DNA of 64,000 nt from Octopus bimaculoides (GCF_001194135.2 NC_068981.1:89201884-89265883), one strand, 5' to 3'. Positions 1 to 13,680 are shown, counted from the stretch's first letter. Numbers and translations: made by a program. The notes: a model not told the origin generated them from the letters alone.

Positions 1-1360
1 ATATATATACATATATATATATATACATGCACGCATGCATACATGACATAACATACATGCATATATGCAAAATGCAGAGATATATGTATATACATACATA
101 CACGCACACACATATACGTATCTTATTGTAAAAGAGAGATATTTTCTACGCGGTAACGGCAATGTGTTTGCGTATTTGCCTTGCAGCAGTTGAAATATGT
201 CTCAAACATATTTGCTTATGCCTAAGCACTGCTTAGCTCTAACATTTCGTTATGTATATAATATGATATGTCCTTTTGCATGTAAAACATACACATCCTA
301 ACGCAGCCCTAAATTCATACAAGTGCTCGGTAGCTTAATTTCAAATAATCAATAACAGCCTTACTGATCGTGTGATTTTGCCCAACCCATATACCAACCA
401 AACAAAAAATTTCCCTTTGCCCAAATGCTAGTCTAGCTCCGGAAAAAGTTAGATCGTAAAATTGAAGAAGCAATGAAAAAGAGGACATGAAGTATTAATA
501 ACACCAATAGGTCTTTATACGCAAAGCAAAATTTATCTTGAGAGTTGCTAGTGTAGTCAAAACTTAAACCCATATTTCTGAACATTAGAACCGTTGATTC
601 TCAGTGATTTATGCAATCTAAGACTTCATCCAGTGATGTCCAGTTATAACTTCACTGGATATATCTTCCCTTTTTGATGGAATTCACAACTTCATGATTC
701 TGACATTTAACTTTTAAGAAATTATATTCACTTTCCTTATAGCTTTTCTACAATTCTATCGTGATACTTTTCTAATGTCGTGCGGTGAAAATAAATATAA
801 TTTTTTCCGTTCGAGAATTCTTATTTCATTTTAAAAGTTGTTTGGAAAAAGAAGCTTCGGTTGGCTTATAATATCAAGGAACATTTTGTCTTGGAGAATA
901 AACTTAATATGAGGGAACTGCTTATCATTTCTTGCTTCCTGGATTTCATCTGGAGAGAAAGGATTTGATCCATAAGAAAACTACTACACAGAAGCATTTC
1001 ATACCAAACCAACCTGAATAGCATATGTAAAAGTTAACTGAGTTCTAAAAATGTTAATTTTTCTCTCTACCTGTCTACTAATTTAAAATAGATTAACTAT
1101 ATAAATGTTTGATCAATATTCTCCTTCTTCACTCCCTCTACTTATACTCCCATGCTTATACTTCTTATTTCATATTTTACTGGTCGTAAGCACTAACGGC
1201 ATTTTAGAGTGGGTAAAATTTCCACCTGTACCGCCAGTCGGTGGGCCAAAGTAGCATAAAACACTCCAGCGTTTACCCTGGTTCCAAAGATATGTTAATT
1301 GTTGGGGCTGACCCCGCTGTACCCAGAGGGCTTATCCATAAGCATGGAGGCTATGTGGAC

Positions 1361-1449
<89 letters not shown>
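1361..1449. repeat. (CA)n microsatellite, representative of many (also 17406-17470, 26659-26745, 49077-49155, 54573-54660)
   Basis: Read directly. Confidence 0.95.
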
Positions 1450-1451
<2 letters not shown>

Positions 1452-4400
1452 TACACACACATACACAGTTACATACAAGATATCCATTTATCAGTATCGA
1501 TATGAAAAACTTCTTTTTCGTCCATGATCACTTGATAATCCGCGATCTAACGTGGGATATATCTAGGGCCGTAATACTCTAATTATACAGTGCCTACGAT
1601 ATACCGGTAAGGATTCAATCAACAGCATACAACGAACGAAGATTCATAAACCTATTTATTTTCATATCATTATTACAAATGATACGCTTTTCCGTATTAG
1701 CAATCTACCCTTTACCTGTTCGAGCCCTCCTCTCCGCCGTATCCTGTCCTATTTCTCTCGTGGTTCTTCCGCACACGTATGAATCTATTGTAACTGAAAA
1801 CTTATGTCATCCTTCCTTTCCATTGGCATACAGATGTAGAAACAGAACATCTTGTTATTGAAAGAACCAAGAAATAAAAAAGAAAAATATGTGTTAAGAC
1901 TCTCTTTAAACAACTGAAAGAGAAAAGTGTCTTTTTCTGAATTTAGAACTTGGTAGAGGCAGGTGTAATTTCAACTTGTTAAAACGTACTGAAATAGAAA
2001 CACGCAATATTAAATAAAATATCTTAAAGTAATTTCAGTAAAGTATTAAACATTTTCAAAGAAAATTAAGATCGCTGACGTCAAAATTCTACAATATTTA
2101 ATAACTTACATTTAGTATTTTTACTAAGTTATCGGTCTGAAATTAAATCTGTGCTTTTAAATGGCTCAAGTTATAATTAAATTTAGTTATACATAAATGA
2201 AAAATAATGTTACGGTAGTAAAACCAAGACAAACTAACTGGTGACTGAAAGAAAATGTAAAACAAGAAATCTAAAAATGGGTAATTCCGTGCGTCCATTT
2301 AATTTGAAAATAATTTTTCCAGATTTAAAAGGTTATTTGGCTGTCCGAAAATGAAGTACTCCACAATATTAATTAATTTTTGCTATTAATGAACTACAAG
2401 GGTCTTAACATAATCAGAGAAAATTGCTTCAGGTGATTATTACTACATAATCTTTTAGCATTAAAACAACAGTCTAAGTCTGCACAAAACTGTACACAAA
2501 AATCTCAAGAAACGTTCAACCATCAAGCGAATAATATATCTATGATTTATTAATGCGTTTTAATGCGTCAAAGAGATATGCAACTTTCGGAATGTTGACC
2601 ATTTCTCTGTTACGTATGACCAGCTCTTCTCCAATGTAATTCCTTTAGGACGTACCTATTTATCATTAATGATAGGTTTTCTCTAAATAAACTGATATAT
2701 GATATAGTAATTATACCATAGTGTGGATTTATTGAAACAAAAATGTCTTAATTTGTTATCAATGTCTGAAATCTGTAACAAAGTTGTTTTTCTTTGATAC
2801 TTATTAATAAATGAATTAATGTATGCAATTATACAAAAAAGTGACAACGTCGATCAAAGAAACATGTTATATATGTTGGAAAACAAGATATTATTTATTT
2901 TGAAAATAAACGAGCTCAACTCTTTCAGCTAGGCTTTCCGTACAAATCGAAGCGTCTGAATATCATGCAGTGTAATTATTAAAAAATACAAAAACATGAA
3001 AAGGTTAAAACTGCAAAAATTAGGCAAATCAGAATTCATCTTTTTTTTTCTCTAAATTAAAACCAATACAGTACATCTAAGTGAGAGTTAAGTAATTTAA
3101 AAGAAAATGATTTCAAACCTTATATTCCGCATCAAGAAGCAAAACTAAGTAAACAAACAAAAAGGATATATTTTACAGATTATTATTACTATTATGTGTA
3201 GCACTTTGACGTTTTGCTTTAATGTCTGCTATTTGATATTAACTATGCGTTTCAAACGCTTTTTAGTTAAATCTCTCTCGCAAAGTTAGGTATCATATAT
3301 AAGCCATATATGTCTCGGACGAATATAAGAGAATACATGTGATTAAGTCTAATTTTGAAAGAACACTTCAAAGGGTATTTATTATATATTCCGTGTCGTT
3401 TTCAAAGTGGGTTATAACATCAGCATATCAACAAGAAGCTGTCATCAGATTGGTGTTTAAGATGTTATAAGTTAACTGTTGAATTTCTTCAGATCAAAAG
3501 CCTCCACTGTTGTTCTAAACTGATGTGTCCCAGAAAATTAGAATATTACATAAAAATTGGATATTTGTTGTCAGTTAGGTCAGAACGACTACATTTTAAT
3601 TATATAAGAGTCAGCGAATTTAAACTGAGTTATCCCCTGGATGTTTTTGATATAAGCTGACCTTCACAGTAATATTTCAAAATATTGAATGATATATCTG
3701 AACAAGGAGAACATTACTACAGTAAAGTTGATAAAATTTGAAAGTTGGGATCGAAATATCAGTTTGTAATTAGTCGAAGCTCCCTTAGCTTCCATTGCTG
3801 ACTGTCTCTGTCATGACATTCAGAAAGCCAGCCCTGTTATACGACTGATAAGTTCTGACGGAAGCAGCGGTAGTCTTGATTGAAACATTGAGCTCCACTT
3901 GTTTTCTAGAATGTAAGTTACCCATCTTTTCAGTTAAGCACCCTTGAGTCTCTATAAGATTTGTCAGAAAAGATATATGAAGAAGAAAGCACAATCAGAT
4001 TGATGATCATCAAATATCACATCAAACATTTTCCATGATACAAATCAGTGACAATATATCGAGTTATTCTTAGGCTGGAGATCTTGCCCGAATGTTTCCA
4101 ACACAGGAGATTCTACTACAGATTCCAAACCTCATAGCTTTAAACTGGGTAGCGGTTTAGTTCTACTTTTCAAGAAAATACAGAACAAGATGCACTGTTT
4201 CCATTTGAACAGTTTCATTGTGAAGGCTTTGATTTAACTGAGGATATAGTAGAAAATGCTTGCTCAAGGAGGCAAACCTCCTGGTGTGAAACTGGATTGA
4301 GGATTACTACTACAGTTCAGGAACATACTCAGCAGTGTGTGTTTCCGTACTGTTTCTGCTTTTACAATTCTATTTACAAGGCTTGGATCCAACCGAGGAA

Positions 4401-4558
4401 ATAGTAGAAAACACTTGCTGAAGGCGAATCGATCTACTTAACTGCACGACAACATCTGCAACGATGATTTCTGAGTTGAAATGCAATGATTTTGTTTCAC
4501 TCAATCACTAAAGTAATGAGGTATTTCCTGAAATAACTGTCATTATCAAGCTAGTGCA

Positions 4559-4790
4559 GGGCGGTGAGCTGGCAGAATTGTTAGTGCAACCGACAACATG
4601 CTTAGCGTCATTGCGACCGACTTTACATTCTCAGTTCAAATTCTGCCGGGATCGACTATGTTTTTCACCCCTTTTGGGGTCTATAAAATACCTACCAGTT
4701 AAGTATTTGTGCCGATGAAATCGGCTTCCTCCTTTTCGCAAAAGCAACTTGTGTTGTGTCAAAACTGGAAACAGTAATTAAATTGCTGTT
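4559..4790 (+). mobile_element. Abundant SINE-like repeat (family 'ggcggtgagctggcagaa')
   Basis: Shares ...gagttcaaattc.gccg...gtcgac.ttgcctttcatcc.ttcggggtcgataaa...agtaccagt with at least six other copies in the window. Confidence 0.75.
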
Positions 4791-5789
4791 CAACAAAAAA
4801 TTTTAATAAAAGGTTTTAATTTAGATTACTTTAAAACAGGACATTCGTATAACAAAACTACGAGCGGTCTCAGGTGGGGGGGGGGCGGTGTCAAAAGATT
4901 TAAGCTTTCTCTTAAAATGTGACGATGCTTGATGTTGTAATTTTATTTAATGATCTTTCTCTTTCAAAAGTATTTCTCTTTAATTGATGAGTTCTTGATT
5001 ATTGATTTATGGCTGTCACTTTAAAAAGAATAATTTATCGAAAATAGCTATTTTATTGTTATATGTATATTACCTTCGTTCTTACATGAAGATCAACTAA
5101 ATGGCAAAAGCATTGACTGACCTAAGTAAATAACCTACATGATATTAATGTCTCTGATACCTGAGTTCAACATCAGTCGAAGTCGACTTTGCGCCTTACC
5201 TCTCTGTGTAAAACTCTACAACAAGATTATATACATCTCACAAAATTAAGGTATTTGAGCCAATATGACGTTCAGTATTTCGAACAGAATTGCTAGAATA
5301 TAGCAGTCAATAATCATTGATATTATTGCAAAGTACGAGAGCGGAAAAACTAATGATACAATCATGGAAGTATGGGTAAGAAATTTGCTTCGCACCCACG
5401 TGGTTCCAGATTCGATTCCATTGTACGGAACTATGGCCGACTGCCGTGTACAACAGCCAAACGGTAGATGGCAGTTTGTGAGAAGAAGTAGAGGTATGCG
5501 GCAACTGTATTGAAGATATATATATCTATATGTGTATATATACATATATATACATGTGAGTATTGTTAACTTTTTTCTATGCATATTTATATTATTACGA
5601 TCATTATTATTCTTTTACATGAACGTTGTTATCAACAACATTCTTGTATATGAATAATAAATTTGTACACTACGAAATATGGAGTAACCTATCAGATTAA
5701 TGTAAAATTGTTTTTATGATAACTTTCAGTACGAAGAAGCATTAATATATTATATGTATATAATTTAAATCCTGTTTATAGAAATTTCG

Positions 5790-5962
5790 TGGGGAGGGGT
5801 TACTCGATTACATCGAGCCCAGCGTTGAATGGTACTTATTTTATCGTTCCCAGAAGGATTTTATCGATCGCAGACAGCGGAGGAATTTGAACTGAGAACG
5901 TATAGGCTGACGCAATGCCGCTAATTTTGCTCGGCGTGCTTAAAACTTCTGCCATCTCGCCA
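5790..5962 (-). mobile_element. Same abundant SINE-like family
   Basis: Reverse-complement match (ggaatttgaactgagaacgta...cttctgccatctcgcc). Confidence 0.7.
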
Positions 5963-6067
5963 TCTAAAATCCTGAGTATACTATGTAATAATTAATTTTG
6001 TTTGGAGGAAGTACTTTTGTTGTTGACCCCACTAATAACGGAACAGAACTTTATGTATTTGTATATA

Positions 6068-6127
<60 letters not shown>

Positions 6128-7967
6128 GACACCACATATGTGTGTTTGTGTGTGTGTATGTGTGTGTGTGTGTGTATGTATTTATGCGTAAATGTGTGTT
6201 AACTTTGTCACTATCACCATCAGGTTGTAATGAAGCTATGATTATCTGGCGAAAGCTATAAACTGATAACGCTATTGTTAAAACAATTTTATGGTAAAAA
6301 TATATAATAAATATATAAAGAGAAATGCTGGCGATGAAAAATTGATGTTTGGATTGTAGATATTTCATTCACTCAGTAATTTCCCAGCTAAAGATATATT
6401 TCATAACTCTCATTTCTCCAGTCCGTAATTCAGTGTGCCTGAGCAGTGGTTGCAAACACAAATAATAAATATTTAAATGTAGAAGTATTTAAAGATAATT
6501 AATCTTCCTTATCATGTATTCTTATTGCACAAAAACACTATCAGTAATTATTATTAAAATTAACTTTCAAACTATAATCTATCTAGGGTATATATGGCTC
6601 TCAGTTCACAGAACGAGAGTGAATTTATCAGATATGAAAACAATTTTACAGCTATGTGAAAATTACATTAATTAAGGAAGCTAATCTGTTGTTACGGTAC
6701 TAATTAGACTTATGGTATCAGAACTTCAGATAGTATAGATCAACTGATATATTTCTAATTTATTCATAAACTAATAGCATGCCGTAATAACATATTTTTA
6801 TTGATATGGTGATGGTGTGAAATCAATTTCCTTAGACACGAACAAATTTGCTTCCACTAAAGTAGAAACGACTCTTCTGTAAAGCGTTAATATTATCGAT
6901 TTAATTAAGATACAGATGATATTTTAGATTTTAGGTGGTAATTTCATGTATTTGTTACAAATGTATTGTCGCAATCTGTTCTTTGTAGCAATAATGATTT
7001 CTTTTCGACTAAGCAAAGATATCCTCCTTTTATGGGAGAACTGGGAATGGTTATGTAATGTCTGTATCTTTTCTGACGACGTTAACAGCCTAAGTAGGAA
7101 AAACCGTTACATTCCATGAGTAGAACCATTTTACTGATTGCATATATCCTTCTCTGTAGCGCTTATTCATTTATATAGATAATTGACTTAAAAGTAAACG
7201 CAAAATTCCCATTGATAAAATGTGTGTAAGTGGTGTCAATGCCTTTCTCCAGCATAGTGGAGTAGATATGCTTTACTAAAATTTGAGCCAATAGCTTATT
7301 TCTTGTTTCATGGTCCTCAAACAAATTTTAAACAGTAATGTTAATGATTTAAATTACAAAAAGGAAGAAAATACGGATGAAGACGCGGCTTGTTATTTCA
7401 TATACTTATTTCAGTTATCAATAGAAGTAGTATCAATTATGTCTCAAGAAAAGTGATGAAAACTCATAAACATAATCTCTTATGCAATGTCTGTGGCTTT
7501 AAGAAACTTATGTTATTGAGAAAATCACTAAATCTTTTACCCCTTCTAACAGCTTTACGAGCATGTATAGAACTAAAACCTGACAATGAACATACTTCAT
7601 ATTTTATTTCGATGCTTTCTAATTTTGCTTCCAATATAATCAAGTATAAAAACAATCTGGATGTAAGTTAAACAAAGCTTCCTTAAATTTCGCATAATTT
7701 TAATTTAATATGCGATAACTTACAAACCATTAATGGTATTTTGTATCAGGAATACATGCACAAATGATTTCACGATTTCCCATCGATTGCTTTAGTCTGA
7801 TACGTAGTAAAATCTCTTCATGTTATAAATAATCGAGATTAATTCATACAATACCATTGTTTTGATTATTAATACTCCTCTACTAAGAATACTTGTCGTT
7901 AGCGAATCAGAAGTAGTCGATAGTCTTTCTAACATCTCCTTGAAGAACCAAATATAAATATGTTTCA

Positions 7968-8935
7968 GTTCTATATTTAAGAGATGAAAAATTATATACA
8001 TTATTTACATTTGACAGATATTTGTCCTCATCTTGTTTGTTGTCAACACAGCCTTCATCAGGTGTCTTGGGGAAATTTCGAATCTGGGTTCTCATTCCTA
8101 AGGTATTTTTCGATGTTGTTGTTATTGTTATTATCATTATCATTATTATTAATATAATTATCATTCAAGTCACTGCCTGGAATCAAACTCGGAATCTTGG
8201 GGTTAGTAACCCGCGCTCTTAACCACCACTCCATATTCTCGTGACAATTATGGAGTGAATTTTAGGGCTTATAAATCTCTTATTTTTCTATCCTTCCTCA
8301 ATACCGGTTCCCATATGCTATTCATATCTGCACTCGGTCTGCTTAGGAGGTTGTTGTGTCCTAGCATATGTGCTGCTTCTTTTAGTTTTCGTATTTTCCA
8401 GTGTTGTTCCCTGTCTTTTATTTTAGCTTCATCTCACAGGAGGAGGTGGTCTCCCTTTTTCCAAACAGGATCAGCTATACCCGATTTATCAATATCTTCC
8501 CGTGTCACCGTTTTGCGATGTTCCTCTACCCTTATTTTGAGGGGGTCGGCATGTTTCGCCTTTGTATAACCTACCACAGCTTCATGGGATGGATGCAGTC
8601 TGGGATGGATGCAGTCTGGGATAGATGCAGTCTGGGATGGATGCAGTCTGGGATGGATGCAGTCTTTGGTCATATTCTCTTCTATTGGTCGTTTTACTCG
8701 AAGGAGATATTTGCAAAGTGTTGTATTACTCTTGAATGCTGTCCTGATGTCATATGCGCCGCATATCATTTGTATCTTTTCGGAGAGGCCTTTTACACAG
8801 GGTAGACAGACTGTGGACAGTTTATTGGTTTCATGCTCTCTTTTCTTCATAATTGGAGGGGATATTATGTTTTGCGGGTAGTTGTTACTTAATAGATTGT
8901 TACTTAGCTTAATCATTTCTTCGTGGTGGGTATCA
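7968..8935 (-). mobile_element. Penelope-like element (family P1): GIY-YIG endonuclease remnant plus 3' module (tRNA-like, AAT run, partly deleted hammerhead)
   Basis: Minus translation across frameshifts: LPCVKGLSEKIQMICGAYDIRTAFKSNTTLCKYLLRVKRPIEENMTKDCI...PLKIRVEEHRK...SGIAD..W...KIRKLKEAAHML..NNLLSRPS, a typical PLE GIY-YIG region. The 3' sequence is shared with the copies at 9400, 22440 and 44790. Confidence 0.85.
8586..8665 (+). repeat. 16-bp minisatellite (GGGATGGATGCAGTCT) x5
   Basis: Five tandem units read directly from the sequence, with one substitution in unit 3. Confidence 0.95.
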
Positions 8936-8984
8936 TGATCGTAACTTATATTCTATGCTCGGTGTTTTAGGTACTGAGCAATCC

Positions 8985-9600
8985 CTCTCTTTACACTCTA
9001 CCAATAGAAGTGAATATGACCAAAGACTGTATGTACTCCATTCTATAAAGCTGTGGTAGGTTATACAAAGGCGAAAATGCTACCCCATCAAAATAAGGGT
9101 TGACGAACATCGCAAAATCGTGACACGGGGAGATATTGATAAATTGGATATAACTGATCATATATGGAAAAATGAAGTTAAAATAAGATGAAGTTACGAT
9201 AAGATGTGGGATGAAGTTAAAATAAGAGACAAAGAACACCACTGGAAAATACGAAAACTAAAAGAAGCAGCAGATATGCTAGCAGACAACAACCTCTTAA
9301 GCAGACCGAGTGTAGATATAAGTAGTATATGAGAACCGGTAATAAGGAAGGATAGGAAAATATTAGATTTATAGGCCATAAAATTCACTCCATAATTGCC
9401 TACGGGAATATGGCGTAGTGGTTAAGAGAGCGGGCTACTAGCCCCAAGATTCCGAGTTCAAAAGATACTTTAGGAATAAGAACTTAGGTCCGAAATTTCG
9501 CCAAGACAGCTGATGAAGGCTGGAGGGTATATCAGCCGAAACGTTGTGTTTGCAACAAACAAGATGAGGACAAATATCCATCAAATGTAAATAGTGTAAA
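8985..9600 (+). mobile_element. Penelope-like element (family P1), second copy, inverted relative to the first
   Basis: Degenerate GIY-YIG (TKDCMYSI..SCGRLYKGE...RVDEHRK...HWKIRKLKEAADML..NNLLSRPS), then a tRNA-like segment at 9411-9462 and the hammerhead motif at 9505-9550. Confidence 0.85.
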
Positions 9601-9664
9601 TATATATTTGTTGTTAAATTCTGATATGGCTTTTCAATGCTTTTAATATATATTCTTTTCTACT

Positions 9665-9845
9665 CTAGGCACAAGGCCCGAAATTTTGGGGGTGAGGGCC
9701 AGTCGATTAGATTGACCTAAGTACGCAACTGGTACTTAAATTATCGACCCCGAAAGGATAAAAGGCGAAGCCGGCCTCGGCAGAATTTGAACTCAGAACG
9801 TAGTAGCAGACGAAATACCGCTAAACATTTCGTCTGGCATTTTAA
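9665..9845 (-). mobile_element. Same abundant SINE-like family
   Basis: actggtacttaaattatcgaccccgaaaggataaaaggcgaagccggcctcggcagaatttgaactcagaacg. Confidence 0.78.
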
Positions 9846-10847
9846 TACATATTCTGCTCAAGAACGTCTCAGAAAAAATCCTTTTATCAATATGTTGTAA
9901 ACCGCATTTTAGAGAAAAACGGAAATGCTTTCCAAGTTTAAGGGAAAATAATGTATTTTGTTAGTCATCATATTAAAAATTCAAAGGCGTGTTACATAAA
10001 GTTTTCTCCATTGCTTCAAATCTTAGTTTATTTGAAGTTCTGTACTATTTATTTATTTTCTATGCTACATAACGTGTAACAATGTGAAAAAAAAAATTTA
10101 ATAAAATATTTTATTCAACGATGATTTCTAAAAATATAAAAAATAAATATTAGCCATAAAATTAATAATTTCAAAAATCCCAAGAAATTTATTATTTTAT
10201 TACTTCCTCTGCAAGTTGCATTTACTGATTTCTATTTCTTTTCTAAAGTGCAGAAATCACTTTTCCATATATTTCTTCATTCTGCATGCCTGAAACTACA
10301 CCACGACATATCTCTACATATCTTTAAGGTAAAAAAAAAAAGAAAACTATACCAACATTGCAAAAGACAACAAAAGAGAGAATTTATAATGATTTATTGA
10401 GAAAGAGTGATTTTGAGAAATGTTCCTTGTGCAGTACAGCGTTTTTCAATATAAGCTTACATAGAGTTACAGTGTCTCCTTATCCTTAGAGCATCACCAT
10501 AACAATGTTTATTGAATTGATTAGAAGATAAATCAGAAAGAGCAACGATATTTTTACAAACTCCAGGATAATACCCAATTTGATCAAACATTTAGACATA
10601 TTGCATATTTTCAGGAAAAGGGCGGTACTCTTAGGGAACGTAAGAGGTTCGAGGACTGTATTAGAGTTACAATGTTTGATATTCATAGTTGGAAGAGTTT
10701 ACGTCAATATAAATATTCATATAATGTTTTAAACATTGATTTTTCTGATTGCCTTATGAAGCAAATAAAATACAAAAATGATATGTGATATTTTTTGGGA
10801 CATGTCATTTCGCACACATTTATGTGGGCAAACGTTATATGTATTTC

Positions 10848-10899
<52 letters not shown>

Positions 10900-10992
10900 N
10901 NNNNNNNNNNNNNNNNNNNNNNNNNNNNNNNNNNNNNNNNNNNNNNNNNNNNNNNNNNNNNNNNNNNNNNNNNNNNNNNNNNNNNNNNNNNN

Positions 10993-11031
<39 letters not shown>

Positions 11032-11132
11032 CAGATATATACAAAGACACACATGTATATGCATGCGCATATATACAGACATCTATCTACCTATATATCT
11101 ATGTATATCTATATCTACACAGATGTAGACCA

Positions 11133-11181
<49 letters not shown>

Positions 11182-13164
11182 ATAGGAACGGAATAAATAG
11201 CGTTTTACTTAGAGATTTCTATAAATGTAAAAAGAATAAAAATAAAGTATAGTTTTTACATGATATGCATTTGGTTCAATATAAAATAAAACGGAAATGT
11301 TTTATGAGTGTGTTGCAATGATAAATGAATTCATGTGTAATGTTAAATTCAACGAAATAATATCAAATAACTTCCTCTAGCATTAATATTTTATGTACTG
11401 AAAGTAGGCTTTCAATTTTAGAAACGAGATTTGTTCATAGAATGAATATTGGCAGATAAATAATGAACAGGAAACCAATCTTGTAGCATAAAAAATTCAT
11501 AATGATGGAGGAAAAAAAATTAATTTAAATTATTGTTTTAGTCGATGGAGGCTTTTCCTAAGACGATTGACGTTGTAGGCAATTATTAATCATTACTAAT
11601 TATAACTTGAGTGTTTAATTAAAGATATGTCTCATTTAATATGATTTGAAAAACACAAGTAATTAAAAGTCGATTTTCAATAACACTAGGAGGGCCAAAT
11701 GTTAACAATTCCTGCTAATTGTTAATGTTTTTATTTTATTTTAACGAAATGGTACGCGTCAAAGTATCACAATATATCTTTTGCCATGAAAGTTCGCCAG
11801 TAAAATGGTTTTATATAAATAGAGTAATGAGAACATCGCTAAATCTTTGAAGGAAAGTAAAATGCTATGCTCACAAAAAAAAAGCAACAATAATCTTATA
11901 TAAATGCATGTAGTCGATCTCCTATATCAGAATTAACCCTCAAACGAAACATTGTTCATTATCTTGGTCATGTAGTTAGTATAAGCAGTGGCAACACCAC
12001 TTGATATCTGGTTGAGTTCAAATATTTCAACCCCTTAATTTTAGCTGGAAGAGGAATAGTGACCACAAGATTGCCTTAGCTTAAGTATGCTACCTAAATA
12101 TATCTTCAAGTAATACTTATAAACTTCAAGGAACTATTTGAGTGATTAACACCAAAGCAAATATTTTAGTAAAATGTTGTATCCAGGTATCTGTAATGAA
12201 TTGCAATGTGAAAACACAAAATTACAGTTGGAATATAAATATGGATTACATAATTTTCGAAATAAATGCAAAACTCCATACACCTTCGATCATCTTTCAT
12301 TTACAATTATTATTTCTGATTTAAATGCAGCCATTGCGACGTAAAAGATAGAAAAGAATTTATATGAATAATAAATAAATCTATGTAATAATACCCATGT
12401 ATGTATATGTACTTGGATTACAAAATGTTGACGTGTTTTCTTTATTAAAAATGGAAAGCAATACAGTGTCTTTAAGGTGACAATAATATTTAAGAACAGC
12501 TTGAATACAACCATATAATATCTGACGATTTGTAAACATAACTGATATTTCGTATAATAGTTTAGTAGTTAGCGTGTATATGCAGTTCAAAAGTTAAAAA
12601 TTAATGTTCAGAACACCATATATTCGAAGCAACATTTATCAATTTGAATTTTCTGTATCAAAATGATATTCAAATTTTAATATAATTTGGTATTTCAATT
12701 AATTGCATTGAATTTAATTAACTTCAAAATTCATATATTCATCATAAATGCACACATATACAGTCAATGTATATTAGTAATGTGCTATATACCTTAAGCT
12801 AGGTGCACGTTACCTATATTATGTAAAGATTTATAGTCACTTTAATAAACATGTGTCCACTATCATTTAGCGTTTCATACACGTATCACTTCAACTTTCT
12901 AAACTCAGAAACCTTGTGTCGTTTTTAAAAATAAATAGTACACTTTCGATGTGAAATAGTTAAATATTCGAGAAACAGAGATGAAAGGTCTTATTTAGAT
13001 AGCCGCCAGAATAAACGTATCAGGTACCGTTCCTTTATACAATCGTTTATATAAAGAATGTATATGTACATTAATCTAGAGTTTGGTATAAATAATTTTC
13101 ATTAACCATTTTCAGAGATTTAACTCGAAATGTCAATAAATAAATTCAAGACATGCTTTTAGGA

Positions 13165-13340
13165 TTAGTAATAGTAATAATAATAACAACAACAATATAA
13201 TAATTAACAACAGCAATAAAAACAACAACAACATCAACAATAATGATAACAATAATAATAATAATGATAATAATAATAATAATGATAATAATATTAATAA
13301 TAATAATAATAGTAAGAAGAAGAAGAAGAAGAAGAAGAAG
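13165..13340. repeat. Compound (AAT/AAC)n plus (AAG)n microsatellite
   Basis: Read directly; immediately 5' of a Dong fragment. Confidence 0.95.
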
Positions 13341-13344
13341 GAAA

Positions 13345-13680
13345 TCTAGGAGCAGTGGAGCCAGAAGTCTCAGCATGGACAGTATATACTTAGAAGCCGA
13401 AATACTGATGTGGATCAAGCAACAACCGATCAGTGCCTCAGAAGCTCGGGCCTGAAAGCAGAGACTGAAGGTTTCATATTGGCGGCACAAGACCAAAACT
13501 TGTTCACAAAAAAACTACCATTCTACGTTCCTCAAAACGGTTCAACCCTAAATGCAGATTCTGCGTTTAATTTTATGAAACAATAGACCATCTCGTTTCC
13601 GGATGTCATGTGCTGACACCAGACGAATATGTAAACACTACAATTTTCTTATGTTTTCTGAAACATTCCCTAGAACAATA
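13345..13680 (+). mobile_element. R4/Dong-type non-LTR retrotransposon fragment (post-RT / zinc-knuckle region)
   Basis: QHGQYILRSRNTDVDQATTDQCLRSSGLKAETEGFILAAQDQNL...KCRFC...ETIDHLVSGCHVLTPDEY, with frameshifts. Confidence 0.85.

Noticed and set aside
560-1000. Protein-like minus-strand peptide (YGSNPFSPDEIQEARNDKQFPHIKFILQDKMFLDII...)
   Set aside because: Bounded by stops, with no convincing splice sites and no family recognised; not supportable without a database search.
8586-8665. Regularly repeated units as a CRISPR array
   Set aside because: The units are directly adjacent with no spacers, the context is eukaryotic, and the unit derives from PLE coding sequence.
9411-9462. tRNA-like sequences here and in the SINE heads (e.g. 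22645-22711, 28410-28484, 63455-63528) as real tRNA genes
   Set aside because: Acceptor stems do not close, there is no oligo-T terminator, and each continues into a repeat body; they are SINE/PLE modules.
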